Assembly: GCF_008254045.1 (NCBI RefSeq)
Contig: NZ_CP042425.1
Span: 7,058,163-7,082,162 of the forward strand
Origin: Limnoglobus roseus
GTDB lineage: Bacteria > Planctomycetota > Planctomycetia > Gemmatales > Gemmataceae
Length of the DNA stretch: 24,000 nt
Direction of reading: 5' to 3'
The notes below the pieces were generated by a model. The model was not told the origin of the DNA. It saw only the letters and a program-made list of their open reading frames with translations, and searched no databases. The position numbers and the translations under genes are program-made. Numbering within the stretch: the stretch's first letter is position 1; the number at the start of each line of letters is the position of its first letter. Of this stretch, positions 1-7,945 are shown one piece after another.

Positions 1-3
1 TTC

Positions 4-588
4 ATGGTCCTGCTCGCCGTCGCGCCGGTCGCCGCATCCGCCCCAGTCCCGAAGGGTGCGAAACGGGCCGACTACTTCCCCCTCGCGGTCGGCCACAGGT
101 GGGAGTACACGGGCGACAACCCGCACACGACGGAGGTCACGGGCGAGGAGGTTTCTGCTGACGGGAAGACGATCGACTTCACGGTGAAGATGACCGGCAC
201 GGACGGGGGCGTATTGACCCGCGTATTTCGCCGCAGTGACGAGGGCGTGCAGTTGATCCGCAACGGCACCGGCGACAAGCTGAACGAACCGTTCCGAGCG
301 CCCGTGACGTTCCTGCCACTGACGCTCAAGGTGAAGGACAAGTGGCAGCGGGTGTTCGACACCGGCACGCCGCCCACGATTACCTACGCCTTCGAGGTCC
401 GACCGGCGGAACAAGTGAAGGTGAATGGCCAGACGTACACGGCCACGCCGGTGAAATATTACGCCGACAAGGCCGGGGGCGGACGTGCGGGGACGACGTG
501 GTACGCGGACGGCTACGGGATCGTGAAGGATACCGGGGCGAGTTACGAAGGCGCGTCCGAACTCAAGGCGTTCACGATGGGTAAGTGA
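4..588 (+). CDS. hypothetical secreted protein (5' end may lie upstream of the window)
   Basis: 194-aa ORF from the track. The frame is open to the window edge. The Ala/Val-rich N-terminus looks like a signal peptide. No family recognised. Confidence 0.55.
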   Translation: MVLLAVAPVAASAPVPKGAKRADYFPLAVGHRWEYTGDNPHTTEVTGEEVSADGKTIDFTVKMTGTDGGVLTRVFRRSDEGVQLIRNGTGDKLNEPFRAPVTFLPLTLKVKDKWQRVFDTGTPPTITYAFEVRPAEQVKVNGQTYTATPVKYYADKAGGGRAGTTWYADGYGIVKDTGASYEGASELKAFTMGK

Positions 589-772
589 AAGTCACCGGTC
601 AACGTCGCGAGGGCGGTCGGACTTGAACACATACCTTTCCCAGATCGGGGTTCCTCGATTCCTCCTGTGATTGTCCTCGTCGTTTTGTGTCAGAGTGATT
701 CTGCTTTGCGTCGGGCCCGACCGAAGTGGTAAGATTTCAACAAGCCAGACGGCGGGAGTAGCTACCTGCCGA

Positions 773-821
773 ATCCGTTAGGCTGCGCGTTTCGCATCCT
801 CGATCGCGCAGCCTAACGGAT
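773..821. repeat. 17-bp perfect inverted repeat (arms 773-789 and 805-821, 15-nt loop); possible stem-loop
   Basis: atccgttaggctgcgcg ... cgcgcagcctaacggat read directly. No T-tract follows, so terminator function is unproven. Confidence 0.5.
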
Positions 822-840
822 CACTGGCCAATGAGGATGT

Positions 841-928
841 ATGGTGAAACGCTTTTTTACAGAAGCCAGGCGATATTTGGTCGCCGTCCTTAAGTACAGT
901 TTCTTCGGATATGAAAAGATCGAAAAAG
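841..928 (+). pseudogene. 5' fragment (29 codons + 1 nt) of an AT-rich gene split by IS66-family copy 1
   Basis: An ATG at 841 (or GTG at 844, after a GAGGA motif) opens a frame. After removing the IS and one TSD copy, this frame joins in-frame to 3164 and runs into the 3208..3810 ORF. The fragment shares that ORF's low GC content. Confidence 0.5.
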
Positions 929-995
929 GTACTTGTTTAGCGCCCCATCCGGCCCCAGGGCAGTCGAACGCGGGCTGATCTGGTAGTATCGCGGC

Positions 996-2372
996 ATGGA
1001 CGAGCCTGCGTGTCCCCGCTGTCGGGATCTCCTCAAGCGTGTCGCCGAACTCGAAGCCCAGGTCGCCGAGTTGACCCGGAAGCTGGAGGAGGCCGTCCGC
1101 GCCGGCAAGCGACAGGCCGCCCCGTTCCGCAAGGGGCCGCCGAAGCCCGACCCAAAGCCGCCCGGCCGCAAGTCGGGCGACGCCCACGGCACTCACGGCC
1201 ACCGTCCGCCGCCCCCGCCCGAGCAGGTCGCCGAGTGCCACGAGGCGCACCTGCCCGACGCCTGCCCCCACTGTCGGGGCCGCCTCGTCGAGACCGGCAC
1301 CGCCGACCAGTATCAGACCGAGATCCCCCGCACGCCGCTGATCCGCAAGTTCCGCGTCCACGTCGGACACTGCGAGGGGTGCGGCAAGCGCACCCAGGGC
1401 CGGCACCCGCTCCAGACATCCGACGCCCTGGGTGCGGCCGCCAGCCAGGTCGGCCCCGACGCCCAGGCCGCGGCCGCGGTCCTGCACACCCAGATGGGCC
1501 TGTCGCACGGGAAGGTCGCGTCGGCCTTCCGGACCCTGTTCGGCATCACCCTGACCCGCGGGGCCAGCGCCCGGATCGACCTGCGGGCCGCGGCCCGGCT
1601 CGAACCGGACTACACGCTGATCCTCGACGACGTGCGGTCGTCCGAGCAGATCGCGGCGGACGAGACGGGGTGGCGGGTCGGAGGGCACCCGGCCTGGCTC
1701 CACGCCTGGGTCGGTGACCGTGCCACCGCGTACGGCATCGACTCGAAGCGCAGTGCCGACGCCCTGGAGCGGGTGATCGGAGCGGACTGGTCGGGTGTCT
1801 TGAGCCACGACGGGTTCGCCTCCTACGAGCGGTTCGAGGGGGCGATCCATCAGCAATGTGTGGCCCACGTGCTCCGCCGCGCCCGCGACCTGCTGGCGAC
1901 CGCCACCCGCGGGGCCGTTCGCTTCCCGCGGCAGGTGATCGCGCTGTTCACCGAGGCGATCCACTGGCGGAACGGGTACGTGCCGGGGACGTGGACCGAC
2001 AACCAACTCGACGCGCATCGGGTGTCGTTCGACGACCGCCTGCTGGATCTGGTGCGCCGACCGCGGGCGGTGCCGGAGTACGCTACTCTGGCGCGGCACC
2101 TGCGGAACCACTTCGAGCAGTGGTTCGCGTTCGTGTTCGACCCGCGGATCGAGCCGACGAACTGGAAGGCCGAGCAGGCGATCCGCCCGGCGGTAGTGAA
2201 TCGTAAGGTCTGGGGTGGGAACCGGACGGCGGCAGGTGCGCAGGCGCAGGGCGTACTGATGTCCGTGTTCGAGACGTGCCGCCGCCAGACGCTCTCGGTC
2301 GTGGACCACATCAGCCAGACGTTACGCTGGTTCGGCAACCGGCTCCTGACACGCCCGCCGCTGTTCGGGTGA
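996..2372 (+). CDS. IS66-family DDE transposase (458 aa)
   Basis: N-terminal CPRC...leucine-zipper-like helix (VAELEAQVAELTRKLEE), a second Cys pair (CPHC...CEGC), ADETGWRV, the CVAHVLRR motif (IS66 C-x-A-H-x-x-R-R signature), and a C-terminal NWKAEQAIRPAVVNRKVWGG...G motif. Confidence 0.85.
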   Translation: MDEPACPRCRDLLKRVAELEAQVAELTRKLEEAVRAGKRQAAPFRKGPPKPDPKPPGRKSGDAHGTHGHRPPPPPEQVAECHEAHLPDACPHCRGRLVETGTADQYQTEIPRTPLIRKFRVHVGHCEGCGKRTQGRHPLQTSDALGAAASQVGPDAQAAAAVLHTQMGLSHGKVASAFRTLFGITLTRGASARIDLRAAARLEPDYTLILDDVRSSEQIAADETGWRVGGHPAWLHAWVGDRATAYGIDSKRSADALERVIGADWSGVLSHDGFASYERFEGAIHQQCVAHVLRRARDLLATATRGAVRFPRQVIALFTEAIHWRNGYVPGTWTDNQLDAHRVSFDDRLLDLVRRPRAVPEYATLARHLRNHFEQWFAFVFDPRIEPTNWKAEQAIRPAVVNRKVWGGNRTAAGAQAQGVLMSVFETCRRQTLSVVDHISQTLRWFGNRLLTRPPLFG

Positions 2373-2539
2373 TGAACGAGCACCGGAAACGGAGGAAGGC
2401 CAGATGCGATTGCCGGAGAAAGAATGCGTGAGCGGGAGAGAAGGAAGTCGTGTCCATTAGTCGCCAACAGGTGACCAACGGGAGAGCCGTTGGTACGTGC
2501 GTGGCGGCCAAGAAGAACCAGGAGCGAAGCGGAGCCGGA

Positions 2540-3109
2540 ATGGATAAGGAAGCAGTCGCGGTTGAATCCGTCCGCCAATTCGTGTGGTCGGGTTTTTACG
2601 ATGCCGACGGGATCGTCGAGATGATCGACGAGGCTGTGCTCAGCCCGGGTGAGCTTGATCACGGCTGGCTCCGAGCTCGCATCGAAGAGGAGTTCCGCAA
2701 GAAGCGTGCGGACGAGCTGGCCTGGCCAGCCATCACTGACTGTGACCGCTTGGATCAAGTCTTTGAGTTGTTGGAGCAGCAAGGCATTCTGGCGTTGCAG
2801 AACGCGGGCTATACCCAGGACAACGGCCTAGACGATGTGACTCAGTTCTACCACGAGGCTGGTGGTGAGCAGTCGGGCATCGGCGGCTACTGCTTCTACC
2901 ACGGTCAGGATCTGGAGCGGGTCATGGAGAACGGTGATCTTCATCTTACCTATGGCGATATCCGCGGCGACGACGAGAAAGGCATCGAAATAGGCCGACG
3001 GATCAAGCGAGCCTTGGAGACGGCCGGCTTCACCGTGGTTTGGGACGAGGCCATCAAGACACGCCTGCTAGTAAAGGGCATCAAATGGCAGAGACGGCTA
3101 TCCGAGTAA
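2540..3109 (+). CDS. passenger gene inside the IS66-family element; acidic conserved-hypothetical protein (189 aa from ATG 2540; the track ORF starts at GTG 2450)
   Basis: GGAG lies 5 nt upstream of ATG 2540. Motifs WPAITDCDRLDQVFELLEQQGILALQNAGYTQDNG and GGYCFYHGQDLERV resemble a widespread uncharacterised family; I tentatively recall it as DUF6891 but cannot verify this. It is not a known IS66 TnpA/TnpB accessory protein. Confidence 0.65.
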   Translation: MDKEAVAVESVRQFVWSGFYDADGIVEMIDEAVLSPGELDHGWLRARIEEEFRKKRADELAWPAITDCDRLDQVFELLEQQGILALQNAGYTQDNGLDDVTQFYHEAGGEQSGIGGYCFYHGQDLERVMENGDLHLTYGDIRGDDEKGIEIGRRIKRALETAGFTVVWDEAIKTRLLVKGIKWQRRLSE

Positions 3110-3207
3110 CCGATCGGCGAACGAGACCCAACGAGTTGACCCGCTAAACAAGTACCGAAAAAGTCAGCAAGTTTGCTCCCGTTGCCATCAGCACCATAGG
3201 GATCGGC

Positions 3208-3810
3208 ATGTTGATTTCCGTGGCCAATTTTTACTTCAATTCCACCCTAACCGCTTCGGTCAAGCATGGCGATTGGACGTACACGTCCACGGGATGCCCA
3301 TTAGGACTGGTCGTGTTCATTTCCGTTGTCTTGATATGGGTGTTCGCGTCCATGATTGTTGCTGCATTTCGGTTTCGAGCAACTTCCAGATTGGTCATTT
3401 TGGACGAAGTGAGGAACGACGAAGACTCAGGCAACCGTTGCCTTCATTACCGAATCATTCTGAAAAACGACTCGAAAAATACCATCGACGATTGCGTCTG
3501 TGTCATCGAGTCCTCCCATCCCCCGATACCCCACCTCCAACTGGTTTTGCATCGCACTGGCACTCCGATCCATCAGCCGTCGTCGCTCAGTCTTCAGCCA
3601 GAACGAAGGCAGGAATTTGACCTTTGCCGCATCACTGAAGGTCGCGAGATAGTCGAATGGTGTGGCATGAGTGGAGCAGCGGTCGATTCGCCGCTCGGCG
3701 ATTACGTGGTCACGGTTGTCGCCTATGGTAAAGACATCCTCCCAACGAGAAAAGCATTTCGCGTCCGACCGCATGGAAAGGCATTGATCCTCTCGCCCGC
3801 AGGGAATTAA
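3208..3810 (+). CDS. hypothetical membrane-anchored protein, 3' part of the IS-interrupted AT-rich gene (frame open from 3164)
   Basis: 200-aa ORF in a visibly AT-richer segment (about 3160-3900) than its surroundings. One hydrophobic helix (LGLVVFISVVLIWVFASMIVAAF). The frame continues upstream through the TSD to the IS boundary. Confidence 0.55.
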   Translation: MLISVANFYFNSTLTASVKHGDWTYTSTGCPLGLVVFISVVLIWVFASMIVAAFRFRATSRLVILDEVRNDEDSGNRCLHYRIILKNDSKNTIDDCVCVIESSHPPIPHLQLVLHRTGTPIHQPSSLSLQPERRQEFDLCRITEGREIVEWCGMSGAAVDSPLGDYVVTVVAYGKDILPTRKAFRVRPHGKALILSPAGN

Positions 3811-3907
3811 TTCCCATTTAGTTAACTGCGAGAGAAACGTGGAATTTACGACACGTCATCAGTGTGGGGCCGACGTGCCATCATGCACTCTACCATGAGG
3901 CACCGAA

Positions 3908-4333
3908 ATGACCATCGAGCGATCGAACCCGAAACGTGACAGAATGCCCGGGTTGATTCTGTCCGTCCTCACCGTCATCACGTCCGGCGCGATCACCGGT
4001 TGGTGCGCCTACCGCTTGCAAGCGTACCACATGCCCGGACTGCCGGAACCGGACTTCGCCCCTCTCGCGCTGGCATTGTCCGCTCTCCCGACGGCCTTGT
4101 TCCTCCTCGCCACGGGGGTCGGTCGGCGGTCGGTCGCCTTGCTGATAAGTGTGCCTATCGCGGCGGTCGTCGTGGCCTTGGCCCGCGTGTACGCCATCTC
4201 CACCGAGTTATCGGCCCCGTGGACGCATGGGACGGGCCTGATCTCGTTGGTCGCGTGGGGCGGCGGCGTGGGCGTGTCCCTCGCCTTCGTCGGCATCGCT
4301 ACGGTTGTGGCCGTCCGAAGGGTTCAGCGTTGA
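3908..4333 (+). CDS. hypothetical integral membrane protein (about 4 TM helices)
   Basis: 141-aa ORF with GAGG 8 nt upstream of the ATG. Contains four hydrophobic stretches. Confidence 0.55.
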   Translation: MTIERSNPKRDRMPGLILSVLTVITSGAITGWCAYRLQAYHMPGLPEPDFAPLALALSALPTALFLLATGVGRRSVALLISVPIAAVVVALARVYAISTELSAPWTHGTGLISLVAWGGGVGVSLAFVGIATVVAVRRVQR

Positions 4334-4617
4334 ACTAATCCACCCACCCATAGAGGCGGCTAGGGCGGGGGACATGGTGACATCCTGAGGTTCGAATTCA
4401 AGATCCGGCCTGCACGCACCGACTGGGTATCACGAGTCGAATTCCGTCGGGCCAGACGATGGCGAGTAAGATCCACCTCTGACGGCCTGTACAGCGTACT
4501 AGCTAATGATGACACGAGGACTGTCGGGTTCCCGGGCGCGGCCAGATGACCGCCGCCGACCGCGTGTCCGCTTCTCCGACGACGACCTCGCCGACCCTAA
4601 CCCGAAAGGATGACTTC

Positions 4618-4944
4618 ATGGCCGACAACAAGCCCACCCCCACCGACGACCGGCGGTTGAGCGAACAACTCGGTGCCGTGGCCGAACCGACCCGCCTTCG
4701 AATCATTCGTCTGTTAACGAGCGGCCCGCGGTCGGTGGGCCAGATCGCCGACGGGGTCAAAGTGGAGATGGTGAATGCGTCGCACCACCTGCGGTTGCTG
4801 ACGCGAGCTGGTGTGTTGACCGATACGAAGAAGGGTCGGCACGTCGAGTACCGGTTCGCCGACGGCGTGTTCGAACCGGCGACGGGCGGGCCACACCTCG
4901 GCACCTTGCACTTAGACTCGTGTCGCCTGACGATCGAGGGGTGA
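4618..4944 (+). CDS. ArsR/SmtB-family winged-helix transcriptional regulator (108 aa from ATG 4618)
   Basis: LGAVAEPTRLRIIRLLTSGPRSVGQIADGVKVEMVNASHHLRLLTRAGVLTDTKKGRHVEYRF is the typical ArsR HTH core. AAGGA precedes ATG 4618. No metal-binding Cys motif is seen. Confidence 0.8.
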   Translation: MADNKPTPTDDRRLSEQLGAVAEPTRLRIIRLLTSGPRSVGQIADGVKVEMVNASHHLRLLTRAGVLTDTKKGRHVEYRFADGVFEPATGGPHLGTLHLDSCRLTIEG

Positions 4945-5070
4945 CAACCACAGGCGGTGAGGTGCCTCACGATCACGTCCCCGCCCGCGCCGCCTCCCGC
5001 GCCTACCCATCGGCGTGTTCGGCAACGCCGATGGGTAGGCGCTTCGACTTCTACGTCGGAGTGAAGCAGG

Positions 5071-5814
5071 TTAAACGATTCGTGCAAACTCTTCGGCGTG
5101 AGAAATGGGCCATGCGTGACTGCCGGCGGCGCAAATGACGAGGGCCGCCTCGGGGATCGCCGCCGCGAATCGCTCGGCGAGGTCGGGCGGAAGCGTACCG
5201 TCCCGACCGCCCCAAGCGACCGTCGTAGGCACCCGCAATTGGGCCGCAATCCCGAGTACATTTGCCGCGAAACAAACGGCGAGGTGGTGCAGAACCGTTC
5301 GCGGGTGCCGGACCGCGTTTCCAGCTACGTCGACCCACGCCCGGCGAACCAGCTTCCACTCCCGACCCAGGTCGATCACACCGCCGACGATCATTCGGAA
5401 AACATGGGGCCGTTCGATTGCCCCGATCGCGTCGACGAGGATGAGCCGTCCGATTCGCTCCGGGCAGACGTGGGCGACATGGGCGGCGACCGCCCCGGCG
5501 TGCGAATGGCCGATGAGGGTGACGCCAGACAACCCGAGTTGACGGAGGACATCCGCCACCCACCGGCCGTACCCGTCCAATGACAAGGGCACATCGAGGC
5601 GTTCCCCGTTCCCGCTGCCGGGGACTTCCACCACGAACACGCGACGGTCTTCCGCCAGTCGTTCGACAAGCGGCCGATAAGTCCTTGGCAGGGCGAACAG
5701 GCTCGGCAGTAGCACCACCGGCCTCCCCGCCCCGACTACGGCTACCCGCCCGCGATGCCCCAAGGCGTGGAGTTCGGTGATCGGCCAGTGACCGGGGAAC
5801 GTATCCGTCGCCAT
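5071..5814 (-). CDS. alpha/beta-fold hydrolase (247 aa from ATG 5814)
   Basis: Nucleophile elbow LIGHSHAG (G-x-S-x-G) and VVLLPS...VVEVPGSGNGE, the typical AB-hydrolase N-terminus. The upstream extension of the track ORF is Pro-rich and probably not translated. Confidence 0.75.
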   Translation of the reverse strand: MATDTFPGHWPITELHALGHRGRVAVVGAGRPVVLLPSLFALPRTYRPLVERLAEDRRVFVVEVPGSGNGERLDVPLSLDGYGRWVADVLRQLGLSGVTLIGHSHAGAVAAHVAHVCPERIGRLILVDAIGAIERPHVFRMIVGGVIDLGREWKLVRRAWVDVAGNAVRHPRTVLHHLAVCFAANVLGIAAQLRVPTTVAWGGRDGTLPPDLAERFAAAIPEAALVICAAGSHAWPISHAEEFARIV

Positions 5815-5953
5815 GGAGAATAACGGGTTAGGACTAAGGGGCGTTGGACTGGCATGGTGGGTCGGTGCAAGGGGAACCACCGGTGAAACGACTTTCATCC
5901 GTCCCTGCCCGCCGCCGGGGTAGAGTGCTGGTGGCGTCACGGTACGAACACAC

Positions 5954-5982
5954 GACCCCCGCCGGTATTCTCGGCGGGGGTC
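5954..5982 (-). terminator. 11-bp perfect GC-rich hairpin downstream of the DUF883-like gene
   Basis: gacccccgccg-gtattct-cggcgggggtc. On the minus strand it is followed by gtgtgttcg. It lies 27 nt after the stop codon at 6009. Confidence 0.45.
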
Positions 5983-6008
5983 TCAATTACATCAGACCCA
6001 CATCCCTC

Positions 6009-6352
6009 TCACACCTTCTTTGCGAGTGTGCCGATCAGTAGACCCGCGCCGAACCCGATGAGGAGTGCCGGTGCGGGGTGGTTGCGGATCAGCGAACTCA
6101 CCTCCTGCTCGAAACTCCCGACCGTCTTGGCGGTGGCGTGGTAGGCGTCCTCGGCCCACCCCTCGACGGCGTGTCCGGCGTCCTTGGTGGCGTCGTAGGC
6201 GTCCGAGGCGGCCCCGGCGATCTTCTGGCCGACGTTCCCGGCGGCGTCACCGACCTGTCCGGCGGCGTCCGTCACGGCGTTCTTCACGGTGGCGACAATG
6301 CCCCCGCCGTGGGGCGAAGGCGCTGAAGTGGTCGGCTTGTTACCTTGGGGAT
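6009..6352 (-). pseudogene. DUF883/ElaB/YqjD-like membrane-anchored protein, decapitated by the IS3 insertion (original ATG and RBS now at 7600-7610)
   Basis: The Ala/Gly/Asp-rich helical body and the C-terminal LIRNHPAPALLIGFGAGLLIGTLAKK anchor match ElaB-type proteins. The frame stays open from 6287 up to the IS end at 6352. It joins in-frame to ATGAGCAAT at 7600-7592, which is preceded by GGAGA. Confidence 0.7.
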
Positions 6353-6396
6353 TATAGTGGACCCCATTTGCGAGACCAAAAACCGACGAATTTAAG

Positions 6397-7263
6397 CTAC
6401 TCCTTCGCCGGCTCTTTTGACCGTCCGGCCCGGTACACCTCGGCCGGGGTCTTGTACCCCAGTGACTGGTGCAAGCGGGCCTCGTTGTAGAAGGTGAAGT
6501 ACGCCTTCAACCCCCGCTCCAACTCGGTCACCGTCTCGTATCCCCGCAGGAACACGTCCTCGTACTTCACCGTCCGCCACAGCCGCTCGACGAACACGTT
6601 GTCCAGGCACCGCCCCCGGCCGTCCATGCTCACCCGCGCCCCGGCCGCCTCCACCCGCTCGACCCACGCCCCGGCCGTGAACTGCACCCCTTGATCGGTG
6701 TTGAACACCTCCGGGGTGCCGGCCGCCAACGCCTCGTCCAGCATGTCCCGGCAGAACGCCCCGTCGAGCGTGTTCGACAACCGCCAGGCCACCACGTACC
6801 GGCTGTACCAGTCGATGGTGGCGGCCAAGTACATGAACCCGCCGGGCAGCGGCAGGTATGTAATGTCGGCACTCCACACCTGCCCGACGCGGTCGATCGG
6901 CACGCCGCGGAGGAGGTACGGGTACACCGGGTGGCCCCGCCCGGCCGACAGCTTCGGCTTCGGGTGGATGGCTTCCAGGCCCATGACCCGGAGCAACCGC
7001 TGGACCCGCTTGCGGTTCGCCGGGTGGCCGTTGCGGGCCAGCCACCGGGCGATCCGCCGGCTGCCGTAGAACGGGCAGGCCGTGTACTGCTCGTCGATCC
7101 GCCGCATGAGGGCCAGGTTGTCGGCCGACTCCTCGGCCGGCCCCCGGTAGTACGTGGCCCGGCCGAGCCCGACCAGTTGGCACTGCCGACGGACGCTCAG
7201 GTCGGCGTGCCCGGGGTCGATCAGCGGCCGCAGGTCGTCAACCGAACGTCGCAGCTTTTTTTT
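6397..7263 (-). CDS. IS3-family transposase OrfB (rve/DDE integrase core); frame open from the A9 tract, first ATG at 7107
   Basis: WSADITYL, FNTDQGVQFTAGAW and DGRGRCLDNVFVERLWRTVKYEDV form the DDE triad context. Upstream, LGRATYYRGP is a typical OrfB N-terminus. No independent RBS, so it is presumably expressed as an OrfAB fusion. Confidence 0.8.
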   Translation of the reverse strand, partial: KKKLRRSVDDLRPLIDPGHADLSVRRQCQLVGLGRATYYRGPAEESADNLALMRRIDEQYTACPFYGSRRIARWLARNGHPANRKRVQRLLRVMGLEAIHPKPKLSAGRGHPVYPYLLRGVPIDRVGQVWSADITYLPLPGGFMYLAATIDWYSRYVVAWRLSNTLDGAFCRDMLDEALAAGTPEVFNTDQGVQFTAGAWVERVEAAGARVSMDGRGRCLDNVFVERLWRTVKYEDVFLRGYETVTELERGLKAYFTFYNEARLHQSLGYKTPAEVYRAGRSKEPAKE

Positions 7264-7525
7264 TCACCCAGTCGAGCTCGACCTTGAGCCGGCCGATCTG
7301 CTCGTACAGCGCGGGTGTCTGGTCGTCGCCGGGGGCGACCGCCTTCGCTCCGGCGGCGAACACGGCCTCGGCCCCGGCCAGGAGTTGCTTCTTCCACCCG
7401 TGGATGAGGGTCGGGTGGACGCCGAAGTGGGCGGCCAACTCGTTGACCGTCTTGTCGCCCTTCACCGCGGCCAGAGCGACCTGGGCTTTGAACGCCGCCG
7501 TGTGGGTCTTCCGCTTCGCCGTCAT
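7238..7525 (-). CDS. IS3-family transposase OrfA (HTH, 95 aa from ATG 7525)
   Basis: KRKTHTAAFKAQVALAAVKGDKTVNELAAHFGVHPTLIHGWKKQLL is the IS3/IS911-type HTH. GGAGG lies 8 nt upstream of ATG 7525. The ORF ends just after the AAAAAAAAA tract. Confidence 0.8.
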   Translation of the reverse strand: MTAKRKTHTAAFKAQVALAAVKGDKTVNELAAHFGVHPTLIHGWKKQLLAGAEAVFAAGAKAVAPGDDQTPALYEQIGRLKVELDWVKKKAATFG

Positions 7526-7630
7526 CAGGACCACCTCCGAGGGCCGCCAGAGTAGCTTACCTGGCGGTCTCAGTTTCGGGGTCCACTATAGATTGCTCAT
7601 CGTAATCTCCGGATTGGTGTGACGCAGAAG

Positions 7631-7831
7631 TTAGCGTTTCGCTACCGGCTTGGTGCCGGGTGGCTCCTTTTGCGTCCGTTGCCCGTTCGGCTCATGGGTC
7701 GGTTCGGCTTGGGGGTTGCCTGCTTCGTTCGTCTGATCCGAAGCGGCGGTGGCAACGTCGGGGCCGTTGGATGGCTTCGGGTCGTTGTTGCGGCCGCCCT
7801 TCTGCTCGTCGTTGGGTACGGGACTCGCCAT
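7631..7831 (-). CDS. small hydrophilic, probably disordered protein (66 aa)
   Basis: GGAGA lies 7 nt upstream of the ATG. Its stop is 30 nt upstream of the original DUF883 start at 7600, suggesting a former two-gene operon. Low-complexity sequence. Confidence 0.4.
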   Translation of the reverse strand: MASPVPNDEQKGGRNNDPKPSNGPDVATAASDQTNEAGNPQAEPTHEPNGQRTQKEPPGTKPVAKR

Positions 7832-7945
7832 GTTACTGTCTCCAGTTGATCGCTTGGGCAGGCGAAAGGTCGCACTATTGATACCGACCCGAGAGGATTC
7901 CGATCAATCGACCGCCCCGATTTACTGGGGCGGTCGATTGATCGA

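Larger units (their letters stand above)
929..3155 (+). mobile_element. IS66-family insertion sequence, copy 1 (2,227 bp), carrying a passenger ORF
   Basis: Perfect 14-bp terminal inverted repeats GTACTTGTTTAGCG (929-942) and CGCTAAACAAGTAC (3142-3155). 8-bp direct repeat CGAAAAAG at 921-928 and 3156-3163. Matches 16204-18430 at a constant offset of 15275: both ends checked by eye, and all predicted proteins on both strands are identical. Confidence 0.9.
6353..7590 (-). mobile_element. IS3-family insertion sequence (1,238 bp)
   Basis: Imperfect inverted repeats of about 25 bp (13 terminal bp perfect): TATAGTGGACCCC at 6353-6365 and its reverse complement at 7578-7590, with inner GAGACC/GGTCTC blocks. 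3-bp direct repeat GAT at 6350-6352 and 7591-7593. orfA + orfB architecture. Confidence 0.85.

Noticed and set aside
813-2309. 498-aa ORF antisense to the IS66 transposase (and its twin at 16169..17584), plus several other 100-235-aa ORFs overlapping the transposase in other frames
   Set aside because: The composition is Arg/Pro/Gly-rich, typical of off-frame translation of high-GC coding DNA. These ORFs fully overlap a transposase with clear family motifs and have no RBS.
4389-4399. GGTTCGAATTC, a T-loop-like sequence in the intergenic region upstream of the ArsR gene
   Set aside because: The flanking bases cannot form a T-stem, and no acceptor, D-arm or anticodon arm can be drawn.
6392-7287. 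263-aa (minus) and 272-aa (plus) ORFs overlapping the IS3 orfB
   Set aside because: These are GC-driven alternative frames over a DDE transposase with recognisable motifs. Their sequences are low-complexity and Pro/Arg/Gly-rich.
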